From assembly GCF_030684315.1 (NCBI RefSeq), contig NC_081365.1, positions 56,908,481-56,972,480 of the forward strand: a DNA stretch of 64,000 nucleotides, written 5' to 3'. The notes beneath the pieces were generated by a model. The model worked only from the letters and a program-made list of their open reading frames with translations, was not told the DNA's origin and did no database searches. Positions 25,917 through 38,800 of the stretch are shown here, one piece after another. The translations under genes and the position numbers were made by a program. Position 1 is the first letter of the stretch; each line of letters opens with the position of its first letter. This DNA is from Stegostoma tigrinum. Lineage: Eukaryota.

Positions 25917-26230
25917 GCACGGTGGCTCAGTGGTTAGCACTGCAGCCTCACAGCGCCAGGGACCCGGGTTCGATTCCAGCCTCAGGCAACTGTCTGTGTG
26001 GAGTTTGCACATTCTCCCCATGTCTGTGTGGGTTTGCTCCGGGTGCTCCGGTTTCCTCCCACAGTCCAAAGATGTGCAGGCTAGGTGGATTGACCAAGCT
26101 AAATTGCTGGTAGTGTTCAGGAATGTGTGGGTTATAGGGGGATGGGTTTGGGTGGGATGCTGCAAGGGGCGGTGTGGACTTGTTGGGCTGAAGGGCTTGT
26201 TTACACATTGTAGGGAATCTAATCTAATCT
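25917..26230 (+). mobile_element. Young HE1-type V-SINE nested in an oppositely oriented HE1 SINE (about 25785-25905 and 26240-26360)
   Basis: ggcacggtggctcagtggttagcac...gggttcgattcc head with intact CpGs; ctactg occurs on both sides; flanks are the tail and body of a minus-strand copy. Confidence 0.88.
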
Positions 26231-26841
26231 ACTGAGTTTGCACACACGTGGACACTGTGGTGAACTGAGCATGATCAATTCACCTCACCTGCACATTATT
26301 GGACTGTGGGATGAAACCAGAGCACCAGGAGGAAACTCACGCAGACAGTCGCCTGAGGCCGCTCCTGCAATTACACAGGCATAGGCCTTCTTTAAAAAAA
26401 GTTTACATCAAGAGTCTACATCTGAAATGTTCTACCGAGTGAAGTTTGGAAGGCATGCTCTGTGTGTCGTATCATTTCTATTTTCGCTTAGTATTTCCTT
26501 CAGTTCTAGTTCTATACCATTTGAGCATCTTTCTCTGACCTTTTGCTCTTTGAGTGATTGCTTGTTGCCTCACCAAGATGATATTTGTATATCGACTGTC
26601 ACTTTTCATCTCATTCCAACATTTCAAAAACACTTGCTGGCTATTTAACTCACCAGCTTCACTTTGTGATAGAAATTAGAATTTTTCATACCTTTTGTTC
26701 CATTTGTTAATGTTGTTTTGCCTATTCGGGACAATTTTATCTTGAACTTACACTTCTGATGAAGTCTTCACAAGAAAAATACTATCTCACATTTCTTGAT
26801 GAGAGATCATAGAATGACAAATCAGAAAGAAGACCATTCAA

Positions 26842-27028
26842 AGATAATGGGAACTGCAGATGCTGGAGAATCCAAGATAACAAAGTATGAAGCTGGAAGA
26901 ACACAGCAGGCCAAGCAGCATCTCAGGAGCACAAAAGCTGACATTTCATCAGTGAAGGGTCTAGGCCTGAAACATCAGCTTTTGTGCTCCTAAGATGCTG
27001 CTTGGCCAACTTCACACTTTGTTATCTA
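26842..27028. mobile_element. Fold-back Penelope-derived element
   Basis: Inverted terminal-repeat arms; TSD agaccattcaa at 26831-26841 and 27031-27041. Confidence 0.82.
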
Positions 27029-27589
27029 GGAGACCATTCAATCTATCTTGCCTAGGCCAGGATTTTGAATGAGATATCAAATTAGTTACACTTCTTTCTC
27101 TTTCTCCATAAACCAAAAAGTTCTATTTATTTGTGTCTACTTAACTGTTGTTTTGCTAAATCAGTCAATAAAATATCAATAGTTAATTAGTAGCAAAAAA
27201 TGACCCCAAGACCCTTCTCAAGAAATAAAGGTTGATTTCATGTGTGAATCTGCAAGATTAAGAGTTCAGATTTGAGATTTTGTTGAAACTTAATTCACGC
27301 TGTTGGTTTAACAATCTTAATTACAATGATACTTGAAGATAGATAATTTAGAAATACGACTGGCATATGATTCAAGCCTAAACGCTCATAGTATTTTTGA
27401 TATTTTGTTTATACATAGTTCTCAACATGTTTGTATGGCCTCATACATTGCTAATTCATTTGGTTGAATTTTTTTTGTCAGCTTTCTTGATAGCTATTCA
27501 CTGGACATTTGTCCTACAGATGTATTTTGAGATTTACTTGATTACTTTTGATAAAGATTATGGTGTTGAAATGGATTGTGGATCTCATT

Positions 27590-28072
27590 GAGAAAACACC
27601 TTCCATTTGTATAGGGCCTTTAACATAATAAAATGTTCCAGTGTGATTTTTTTAGAGTGTGATCAGACACAAGTTGACACTGAGTCACACAAACTGATAT
27701 GAAGGCAAAAGATCAAAAGTTTGATCAAAGAACTTGATCGTAAGGAGAACCTTGAAGGATTTAGAAGAGATAGAAAGGTGGAGAGATTTTTACATGGATT
27801 CCAGAGCTTGGATCTTTTGACAGCTGAAGGCATGGGTGGGTCAACACAAACCAGAGATCCACAGGAGACCAGAATCAGAAAAGCATGGATAGTTTGGAGG
27901 ATTGTAGGGTTGGAGAGAATTACAAAAAAGGGAGTGGCAGGAGTTTAGAAACGAGGATGTGAATTTAAAAACTGGAGTACTGCTGGATCAGGAAACAATG
28001 TACACTATTAAACACAGGACTGCTCAGTGATTGTGGCTTTGTGCAAGTTAGGATATGGGCAGCAGAATTTTG
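27590..28072 (-). mobile_element. L2-clade LINE 3' fragment
   Basis: catttgtatagggcctttaac 3' end and ttccagagcttgg (WNS/L-type) remnant. Confidence 0.55.
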
Positions 28073-28080
28073 AAAGGGAA

Positions 28081-28178
28081 CTCTGATGAAGGGTCTAGGC
28101 CCGAAACATCAGCTTTTGTGCTCCTTTGAGATGCTGCTTGGCCTGTTGTGTTCATCCAGCTTCACACTTTGTTTCTAA
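28081..28178 (+). mobile_element. Solo Penelope terminal-repeat fragment with intact hammerhead core
   Basis: ctgatgaagggtctaggcccgaaacatcagc at 28083-28113. Confidence 0.8.
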
Positions 28179-28419
28179 GATTATGGACCCTGCTCTTTAA
28201 ATAATGACAATAACTGTATGCATTTGATAACTGTCAACATCCTACAGAAACGAAATTTTTCACCAGGGTGGAAGTGTCAGCAATAGTCTAATTTGAAGTT
28301 ATAAGTTATTAGGTATTGTGCTATTTTGTGAAGGGACAAAAGTGTCAGATTAATTCTGTTTCAGACATATGCCAAATCTTTGTTGTTGGGTGTTAAGTTA
28401 CCAGGCATTTAGAAGAAAG

Positions 28420-28830
28420 AAACAACATGCATTTATATACTATCTTTCATGTCCTCAGGACATTGCATATTGCTTCACACCCAATAAATTATTTTTGAAA
28501 TACAGTTGTATTGTTGTATTGTTCTATTGTCCAATCAGCAAATGCTGCAGCTAATTAAACACAGCAGGGTTGCACAAACATCAGTGAGAAAATTAACTTT
28601 GAAATCTGTCGTACTGATGTGAGTTAAGGATAAATATTGTCCAGAATTCCAGGAGATCATCTGTTCACTCTGAATAAGGCTTCTTTACATCCAATCGAGA
28701 GGGTACTTTTGACAATGAGGCATCTTTGCACTGTATGTCAGCTGAGATTATGTGCTGTGGATGCTGGAGTGAAGCTTGACCCTACAATCTTATAACTCGG
28801 GGCAAGAATGATCATTGAGCCAATGCCAAT
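28420..28830 (-). mobile_element. DeuSINE (SacSINE1-like) remnant
   Basis: Reverse Deu-domain segments (ggataaatattgtccag, tttacatcca, ctggagtgaagcttgaccc). Confidence 0.6.
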
Positions 28831-28859
28831 GTAAGTTCTCCACCAAGGTGTTATTAAAA

Positions 28860-29235
28860 TGACTTAATTTTATATAGCACTTTGACCACTAGGTGTCCTA
28901 AACTGCTTGACAGTCAATGAAGGTTTGAAAGGTGGTCACTGTCTTAATGTAGGAAAGGTGGCAGCTACGTAGCTCATAAAAGAAGAGAGCAGATAGTATT
29001 TTTTAAGGTATTTATTGAGGGATAGATTTTGGCCGGGTCCCCAGGGAAAATTCCTTGTTCTTCTTCAAACAGGAGTTATGGATTCTTTTATGGCAACCTG
29101 AGAGGGCAAATGGGCTGTCAGAGAAAATCACATCTAAAACATGGCACCTCTGCAATGCAGTATCATCTTGGTTTTAGTGCTAAAGTCCTGGAGTGGAACT
29201 TGATCCCTCAACCTGCAGAGTGGTGCAGACTGATT
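28860..29235 (-). mobile_element. DeuSINE (SacSINE1-like) remnant
   Basis: ttgagggatagattttggcc...cttcttcaaa...cctgagagggcaaatggg...ggcacctctgcaatgcag...ctggagtggaacttga resembles the reversed Deu domain and tRNA head. Confidence 0.7.
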
Positions 29236-30004
29236 CACAATAGATGAAAAATAATGCAGATACTCCTTGGTTACAACATACCCAGTGTAGTCTGCATGAA
29301 TGACATAGGTTGTGAGCAAGCTGAGGAACAGAAACAGAGGGGCTTCAAGCTGGATTCTAAGATAGTAATCTGAGCCAAACAAGGTCAGATGGAACAAAAA
29401 CTTGAATTCAACCTCAGAATATCTGCAACAAGAGAGAGCAAAATACTGTTTTTCCTCTCCCAAAGAAAATTCTTTTAAACATGTAAAACTGTCATGCCAT
29501 TTATACTTGTGAGAAAAGTCTTACAAGCCTTTTCTGACAAGGGTGAAAATAAGACCATAAGACATAGGAGTGGAAGTAAGGCCATTCGGCCTTAGATATT
29601 TAAGATAAGATATTTAACAACTTAAGAAAAATGAAACTTTTTGACTGAACGGCACATTTAAAAATCTGAACTATTATACGCATAGAAATTCAGCAGTGGC
29701 TTGCACTCCATTTAATATTGAATTGATATTTATGCAGAAGAAGTCTTGTTCCATTCAAAAATTGGCAGGCTAATTATTGCCTCAGTCGGTACAATTCACA
29801 TATGTAAGTTGTAAAGACATAAATGTCACAATGGACACATTTTCTAGACTACAAAATGTGAAAATATGACTAACTTTATTGTCACATGTATTTTATAGTT
29901 AGAAAAACAGTAAAATACAGTGGAAAAGCTTTGCCGAAAGATTTGCATGAACTCATCGCTTTGTTACCGTTGAGCAGTTCGGTCTTGTCAAGAGACATTT
30001 GCAG

Positions 30005-30975
30005 CACAGAAGATGGCTATTGGGGCCACTGTGCTAAGGCCAGCTGGTTGTATGACCAACCAGTCATTCCTACTCCCCTGTTAATCTCCACAGCTCTGCA
30101 AGTTTGATTCCTTCAAGTGCTAATCCAATTTCCTTTGAAATTCTTGATAGTGTTTACTTTCACCACCTTCATGGGTAACAAATTCCAGGTCATTTCCAGT
30201 CACACATAAATAAAGTTACTCTGTACATTTCCCCTTGTATTCCTTACGAAAAATCTGACATCTGTGCTCCCCCTCATCCTTGCACCATCATCGAATGTGA
30301 ACCCCTTTTCCTTGTCTATTTTGTTCACATCTGTCATAGTTTTGTGTATGGTCACAGGCATGCAGTCACACAGCACGGAAACAGACCCTCCAATTCAACC
30401 AGTCTACGTTGAACATAATCCCAAACTAAACTAGTCCTCCCTACCTGCTCTTGGTCCATATCCCTCCAATCTTTCCAATTCATGTATTTATCTAAGGGTC
30501 TTTTAAATGTTGTAATTGTGCCCACATCCACCATTTCCTCAGGAGGTTCATTCCACATTCCTCTGTGTAAAAAAGTTGCCCCAATGCCTTTTTTAAATCT
30601 CTCTCCTCTCACCTTAAAAATACACCCCCTAATCTTGAAATGTACCATTCTAGGGAAAAGACACCTACCACTCATCCTGTCTATATCCTTTATGATTTTA
30701 TAAACCTCTATAAGGTCACCTCTCAACCTCCTACCTTCCATGCGTGGCAATATACTGATAAATCTCTTTGCATCCGTATCAAATCTTTTGTCCTTCTCCC
30801 TTACTCCGAGAAAAACAACACCCAGCTTCGCCAACCTACCTTGTAACTAAAACTCCTGTTCCTGGAACCATTGTTGTAAATCTCTCAAGGAATTTCACAC
30901 CTATGCTACCATGGTGCCCACGACAGGACATAATATTCCAGTTGTGGGCTAACCAGAGTTTTATAAATGTTAAGC
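30005..30975 (-). mobile_element. CR1 fragments (younger HER1-like 3' end at about 30350-30732 inside an older CR1)
   Basis: ORF 30352..30834 with RLRGDLIEVYKI and RGERFK motifs. Confidence 0.8.
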
Positions 30976-33489
30976 ATGGTCAATAGTGCAATGGACAGAA
31001 AGAGAAAAAAATGAGAATTCAAATACACTGAATTTATTTCATTCAAATTCTTCAGGTTACCATTAGAAACTACACCAAGTGTATTAACACTTTTCCCTCA
31101 GATTGAAAACCTACTTACATCAGCAGCTTTAACAAAAGCCTCATTCACATAGTGCGGCTGTCTAAAATATAGCCTGAAATTGGTAGGAAAAGAAAATCCA
31201 GAGAGTTTTGCTATTTTAGCATAGGAGGCTCCAACCAAATTTCTTTCTTATTCAAATGAACCTCTTTTTCAAGTCCTCCACTCATTTTAGACTTAAAGCT
31301 GATATTTATTGAGAGTCAGTTGGGAAGTTTAAACTCCAGCGACCAGGCATGGCAAAATGCCAGAGCTGCTGTAACCAATCAGAGGCACAGGAACCCAAAT
31401 GTTGCCGTTTTTGGGCTCAGCGTCCGTATCCAATCAGCATTGAGTTTGAGGTTCTGAGCATCACGATGCGCAAGCAGGTAGGACATGGCCTCACACAGGC
31501 TGCATAAGATCCCTGCATTAACGGTGGCACATGCCAACCAAACACAGCAGAGAGAAAAAAAGAAGTCTGCCTTCATGAAGTCTGGTCTGCACACCCGCTC
31601 TCTTCCAGAAATGCCCTTCTTTCGACCCTGGCAAGTTTTTGCCGATTCTGGTAGACTCCCTGTCATTGCAGGAGTGTTGACAACCCTATCATAATAAGAA
31701 AACAGGCTTTCGTAGGGGAAGAAAATGGTTTCAGCTGAGATATGTTTAGGATTTTAACTCTATTGCTAATGCAAGGTTAAGCAGCATCTCTGTGTAACAA
31801 CACTGATGAGTACCCCTAAAGTACAGCCAGTAAACTCTTGGACAAACTAAGCAAAATAGATCAGAAGTTTCAAGATTCACTTTTCAATGATACTAGTTGA
31901 TCCCATCAAAGAAAGCAGAAGGCGGGTTTCTGTTATCTTCAGTGCCTCTGAGCAAGGAGGATAAAAATTGGTCAAGGCACCAATTCCTGAACACCATTCT
32001 GTGAACCTTGAAGGAGAATGTATGTGTGTTTTTGGATGTCAGAAGAAACTAGAACAAAGCCTAGAACTGCATGATTTACTGATACTCCCACGTGTAAAAA
32101 CACATCCCCTCTTGGATGAAATATTGCTGGAAGTTGAGGTCGGTGGACCATATTGCAGTAATAGCCAAAGCCTTCATAACAGGCATTCCGCAAAAAATAC
32201 AAATAATACTGAATTGCAATAACTTTTCCATCAGATGTATTTCTGTCCAAGAGAGCTGCCTCCCTCCAACACTCTACAGCACCCCCCTGCCCCTGGACAC
32301 CACTCAAATACCCTGGTTAGATGAGCTATTCACAAGGAACACCGGTCAAAGAATCATCAGCCCTCAGCTGTAAATTTCAGTTTATTAAATTTTGGAAAAC
32401 GAGGCCTGTGGGTGAATACTTTCCTGACCAGTGGTTCATGCTTTTTACCAGGAGCACTAACTGAATAATTTCTTCATGCAGCAGCTGCTTTAGATGGATC
32501 AACTGCTATATTTACTCAATAAAGTTATTCAAATATCACTTGCTCCTAAAATCAGAGCAACATTATTTTAACATTTTAACATTTTGATTTTTTTTGGTGA
32601 CCTGAGCCGAACTGATAACGGAAAGGGTCATCTACATAGCTGAAAGACACTATTTCAATCAGGACAAAGATTTTCAGCTCTGGTTCCTAAGATTATGAAG
32701 CTATTAAGAAATGACCATCCAGTTCACAGTGATACTAAATGCAAAATTGCTGAAATTTTCTGCCATGGCAATTACATCAAGCTGGGGATTTCAACACCAT
32801 TAGACCCACAAAAGAATTTTGCATGGCAGATTCTAAAGGGTTTGAATGCAAATAAAATTGAATGTCATCTCAGTACGTAGACACAGCAGCTCACTATAAA
32901 ACACAGAATGAATTGTGCAGTGTAACACGCCCACCTTGCTGACTGCATTTAGCAATTAACGCAATTTCCAATGATAAGATTTTAATTATTTACGAAAAGA
33001 AAATCTGTCAGGATATTTTCTTCTCGAATGCCCAGTCAGGCTGTCACAGCTTTAGTGTGAGGCGACAACCAGTTGTGAGATAGGGAAGACAGCTGAATTG
33101 TTCAGAGCAAGCTCTTGTAGATTACATATAAGTCTCCTCCACGCAAAGAAGTTAGAAGTTGCAAATAGGTTTGAATTATGCAAACAAAAAGATTTTGGAT
33201 AGCAATTTGCACTCTTCCTTTCTTGAAGGTGCTGACTAACCACCAATGACCATACTGAAACTGTTTCACAAGAGGAGCACATGAAATATATCCTCTTACT
33301 GTCATCATAGTGCAACAGTGTGCTGGGAACGACTATCAGGTCTCAAAGGGCAGTGAACCAGTCACAAAAATGACACTGTACAGTCCATAGGACTACATCC
33401 ACCTTGAATCCAGGACAGGGAGGGTACCTAGTGGTATTTGTCACCTGCGCCAGCATGTGTTTTTGGGTAAGGATTGCTTGAAGTTGTTA

Positions 33490-34655
33490 GGTGCCACTGA
33501 TCCTCATAGTGATTAGTGGTAGAGGCGATGAAGGTAGTTTGTAGGAGTGGACAGAGAATTGGCTAACGGGCAGGAAGCAGCGAGTAGCAATAAGGCAACC
33601 TGCAAACAGTGGAGATCCACATGGATCAATGCTGTTTACAACATATACTCTTGACCTGCAAATGTACTGTAGTAACATTTGCAGATGACCCAAGAATAGG
33701 TGGAAAGGCAAGTTGTGAGAGGGATGCAAACAATTTACATAGAGATTTTAATTGTTTAGTAAATGGGAAAAAGTTTGTAAGTGGAGCATAATGTGGGAAA
33801 ATATGGATTTGTTCATTTTGTAACAAAGAACGAAAGAATTGAGCATTATATAAATGGGAAAAAAGCTGCAACACAAAGGGACTTGGGGGTATGTGTTCAT
33901 GAAACACAAAGCTAGCACAGGTCCAGCAAGTAATCAGGAAGGATAATGGAATGGAGGCCCTTATTTCAAGGAGGTTGGAATATAAGAATAGGGAAGTCTA
34001 GCTGCGACTGTACAAGATGCTGGTGAGACCACATCTAGAGCACTGAGAGAGGTTTTGGCCCTCTTATTTCAGTAAAGATATCATTTAATTGGAAACAGTT
34101 CCAAGAAAGTTCACTAGGATGATATCGGTACAGAGGGATTGTCTTCTGAGTAAAGGTTAAACTGGTTGGGACTCCACCCATTGGAGTTTCAAAGAATGAG
34201 AGGTGATCTCATTGAAACAAACAGGATTCTTAAGGGGCTTGACAGACAAAATGCTGAGAGGATGTTTCCCTTCATGGAACAGTCTCAGCCAAGAGGGCAT
34301 AGTCTCAGACTAAAGGGGCACAACTTAAAACTGAGATAAGGAGGAATTTCTTCATTCAGCAGATTGAGTGTCTTTGGAATTCTCACTGCTGATAGCTGTG
34401 AGGGACAGAATCCTTGTGTATAATTAAGTCTGAAATAGACAGATACTTGATTAGTAGGGGAATCAAGAGTTATGAGGAAAATGCAAGAAAATGGATGTGA
34501 GGAATGTCAGTTCTGAGGAAGGGTCACTGGACCCGAAACATTAACTCTGATCTTTTCTTCACAGATGCTGCCAGACCTGCTGAACTTTTCCAGCAACTAC
34601 TATGTCAGGAATGTCAGATCAGGCTCAAGGGACAAAATTGCCTACTCCTGATCCT
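33490..34655 (+). mobile_element. CR1 LINE 3' part interrupted by a Penelope terminal fragment (34511-34606)
   Basis: TFADDPRIGG motif and CR1 3' UTR; insert flanked by aggaatgtcag at 34500-34510 and 34607-34617. Confidence 0.8.
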
Positions 34656-35270
34656 ACGGTTTTATAGCATGCAGCAATGTAAAGTCACGACAAAAGAAGT
34701 ACTGTACTGAGGTAACAATAATATCTACTGCATATAGCAGTAAGTACAACAACATTTGGTCAGGCATAATTACGAGGACCTTAGAGAGTCAGGACAGTTG
34801 GTACAACTCAGTATGAAAGCTGGATTGGAACTCCAGTCTCCAGCCCACAGACTGAGAGATATCACTGCAAGGATGGATCTGATGTAACAGCTGCATTATC
34901 TCCTTCTGAACTATTACTTTAGACAACATCTTTCCCCAGTTACCCCATTATATAATGGTATTGATAAGTACATTGCAGACAGAAATGCCCCATCTTCCCC
35001 CAGTCTTCACAAATGCAAGTGATATGAATGTTTTAACTTTTCTCATTCTGCACTCTCGTAAGACTGGAAGGTTTTTATTTTGTTTGAGGACTGTTGGCCT
35101 TGATTCTGATCTATGGATCATTTCTCTGCTGGTGAATTTTTTTTAACACTTGGCTATTCCTTAGAAAGGACAATATTCTCCATCAACATTGTTCGTTAGT
35201 CGATTGTATTATCTGCAGAACACTTAATCTCCTGAAATCTTCTCTACTCACCTAGTTGCCTCAAAACATC

Positions 35271-35397
35271 ATAATAAAAGAAAAGTACTGCAACTGCTGG
35301 CAATGAGTCATATCGGACACAGAATGTTAACTCTATTTCTCTCTGTACAGATGCAGCCAGCTTTGCTGAGTTTCTCTCGTACTTTGTGTTTTAATAA
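35271..35397. mobile_element. Old Penelope terminal-repeat fragment
   Basis: actgcaactgctgg...gttaactct...acagatgcagccag; approximate TSD gcc(t/c)caaaacatc. Confidence 0.55.
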
Positions 35398-37064
35398 GCC
35401 CCAAAACATCCACTGTTAATCCTTTAATCTTGCAGATTTCCATCATCGAGGACAGCTGCTCTGTTGAAACAAGTACTTCGTTTGTTGTGTTATCTTGGTT
35501 TTCTAGCTGGTGCAATTTTTTTTCTGAATGTAAGAGATAGTCTGTTTAAAAAGAATCCTTGATTCTTAGGTCAGGCAATCTCTTCTTCTTGCCTATGTCC
35601 TGAAACCATGGATGTTACTCTGCCTTCCTGTGGAGTTGTATAAAGCTTCTCTCCATTGAGTAGTTGATCAAGCTGGGTTGTCTTCACTCGTCCATCATGG
35701 CTGTTTGATTAGTGAAGTAAACCTTTTCAGAATCTCAGTCACGTTACTGAAAGATTGCTGCTCACTCAGCACTATTTCTGTCACTGGAATTGACTGTTCT
35801 GCTTCACCAATTTGTTCAGCAGACGGTTGTGCTGCCTTGACACCTTCAGTTAAGGATTTGACAATGAGTTCACTGCTCAGTCTTGTTCTCAGTATTTGTT
35901 TCTACTGGCAAACTTCACTAAGTTTTATCTACTGATCTGTCAACAGTGATAACAGGAGTGCTTTCAGACTGAACCATTTTGTGTAATCGCAGATTTCACC
36001 ACGTGTTTTAATGTCATAATCTCTTTTGAGATCTTTGGGCACCATACCACAAACAGAGCCCAGACTATACTCCTCGCAACTTCTATGCAGCCCAAATATA
36101 ACTTCCCAGAGGAAAGCTGGAGTAATGTGTCATTTGTTACAGCTAGTTATATACTGGTAAACCACCATTTATTGTTCGATGCTGTTGGTGCTAAAAGTAT
36201 ACATTCTTGGCCAATACAATTTCTCCTGGCCATTGTTCAACACAATACTGACAAATGGCAGCTCTCTTTTGTTCTTGTCAAATCTAGGTGAATCTGTCAT
36301 GGCTTGCTGGTCATTGTTTCTTCTTGCCTCTTGGAATCTTCTTTTCTGTCCTTGTAAGTAATCTCAGTAGAATATTTCTCCTTGTGTTCTACTGCGAGTC
36401 CAGCAAGCCCAATTAAATCTTCTCCTGCTTGTTCTCGACCAGTTAGTCAACTCTCTCTCTTGTTCCTTGTTTTGCAGTGTACCTTGTAGCCTATCTGTGC
36501 TACTGGCAGTCATTTGACTTCAGCTGCATAGTCTCATGTTTATAGTGGTTTCCAGCCTTTGCAGTATCGAGTCACACAACAATTCCATGGCACACCTTCT
36601 CCTGCGCATGCACAACGATGCATGTCTATGCTTGTGGACTGTTAAACCTCTGCACATGTGCAGTATTGGAAGTACATGCATACATGGTTCTGGAAGATAA
36701 TGTGTGCTGTCAATAGGGGCAGCTCATGTCAGCAGATAACTGCCTTTAATAGCAGACAGTGAGACTCTGAAGTAGATCTGAAGCACGGTCAAGACCTCAA
36801 CACTCATGAAAAGCGGTGCTGCTTCCCAAAGTTTTCCCAGTACACTTCTTAGCTTGTCACAGCACGGTGGTTAAAATCCATTCCTGTAGGCTGTGGTTTC
36901 TGCTTCTTCAGGAATGGTAACTGGTCTATTAGGATAGTTATCGTGGCTCTTGTATCAGGTTTAAATTTAACCAACAGATGTCCTTCGATGTAAGATTGTT
37001 TTGTGAAATCTGACTTATTGGGATCACAAATTTTCCCCGTGACTGCCTTTGTTATCTTTTCTAG

Positions 37065-38800
37065 ACACAAAAACATGGAAGATAGGAGCAGGAGGAGGAC
37101 ATTTGGCCCTTCGAGTCTGCTCCACCATTCTTCACGATCATGGCTGATTGTCCAACTCAAGAGCCTGATCCTGCTTTCTCCCCATAACCTCTGATGCCAT
37201 TTCGTCCCTGTGCTATATCTGGCTGTTTCTTTAATACATGCAATGTTTTGGTATCAACTACTTTCTGTTGTAGTGAATTCCACAGGCTCACCACTGTTCA
37301 GGTGAAGAAATGTCTCATCTTCTTTCGAAAGGGGCGACCCCAAATCCTCAGACTGTGACCCCTGGTTCTGGACACACACACCATCAGAAACATCCTGCCT
37401 GCATCTACCCTGTCTCGTGCTGTTAGAATTCTCTGTCTTTATGAGATCCCCCCTCATTTGTCTGAACTCCAGTGAAAACAATCCTAACATAGTCAATTTC
37501 TCCTCATACGTCAAACCCACCATCCCCAGAATCAGCCTGGTAAACCTTTGCCGCACTTCCTTAAGAGCAAGAGCACCCTTGCTCAGAAAAGGAGTCCAAA
37601 ACTGCATACAGTATTCTCGGTGTGGTCTCCCCAAGGCCCTGTATAACGCAACAACACACCTCTGCTCCTGTACTCGAAGCCTCTCACAATGAAGGCCAAC
37701 ATACAATTTCCCTTCTTTACCGTCTGCTGCACCTGCATGCTTACCTTCAGCAACTGGTGCTCACGGACACTCAGGTCCGGCTGCACACTGCCCTCTCCCA
37801 ATTTCCAGCCATTCAGATAGTAATCCTGCCTTCTTGTTTTTGCTTCTGAAGTGAATAACCTCACATGGGTGGCATGGTGACTTAGTGGTTAGCACTGCTG
37901 CCTCACAGCTCCAGAGACCCAGGTTCAATTCCACCCTTGGATGTCTGTCTGTGTGGGTTTTGCACGTTTTCCCTGTGTGAACATGGGTGTATTCCGGTTT
38001 CCTCCCACAGTCCAAAGATGTGCAGGCTAGGTGGACTGGCCATGCTAAATTTCCCATAATGTCCAGGGATGTGCTGATTAGGTGGGTTATGGGGAATGGA
38101 TCTGTGTGGGATGATCCGAGGGTTGGTGCCTACTTAGGGGGTGAAAGGGCCTGTTTCCACACCGTAGGGAGTCTGTGATCTATTTATCTAAATTATACTG
38201 CATCTGCCGTTGATTTGCCCCCTCACCCAACCTGTCGAGATCGTGCTGAAGAATCTCTGCATCCTTGTCACAGTTCACCTTCACACCCAACTTGGTATCA
38301 TCTTCAAACTTTGAGATGTTACAGTTTGTTCCCGCATCCAAATCATTAATGTACATTGTGAATAGCTGGGGTTGCAGCACTGATCCCTGTGGAACCCCAC
38401 TAGTTACTGCCTGCCAATTTGATAGGGACCCATTAACTGCTACTCTTTGTCTCTGTTCTGCCAACCAGTTTTCTATCTATTTCAATACACTTCTCCCAAC
38501 TACATGCACTTTAATCTTGCACAATGAACTTTTATACGGGAATGTGTCAAATGCTTTCTGAAAATCCAAATATACCACATTGACTGGCTCCCTCTTGTCA
38601 ACTCTATGAGTTACAATTTTATAGATTCGCAATAGATTTGTCAAGCATGATTTCCCCTTCATAAATCCATGCTGATTCTGTCTGATCCTACCACTGCTTC
38701 CTAAATACCCTGCTATAAATTCCTTGATGACAGATTTGAGAAATTTCCACATGACTGATGTTAGGCTTACCGGTCTATAATTCCTTGTTTTCTCTCTACC
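37065..38800 (-). mobile_element. CR1 LINE (RT domain to 3' end), relatively well preserved
   Basis: ORFs 38477..38752 (QHGFMKGKSCLTNL, YLDFQKAFD), 38180..38464 (SGVPQGSVL, YINDLD, KFEDDTKLG) and 37254..37706. Confidence 0.9.
37867..38182 (+). mobile_element. HE1-type V-SINE nested in CR1
   Basis: tRNA head, V-domain and tail; interrupts the CR1 sequence ataacctcacat|ttatctaaatt. Confidence 0.85.

Noticed and set aside
25917-25985. tRNA-like sequence with A and B boxes
   Set aside because: It continues directly into a V-domain and LINE-derived tail, so it is a SINE head rather than a tRNA gene; a similar head fragment lies near 50865-50930.
37254-38752. Reverse-transcriptase ORFs as an active or novel RT system
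   Set aside because: Frameshifted CR1 LINE debris, interrupted by a SINE, with the catalytic FADD changed to FEDD.
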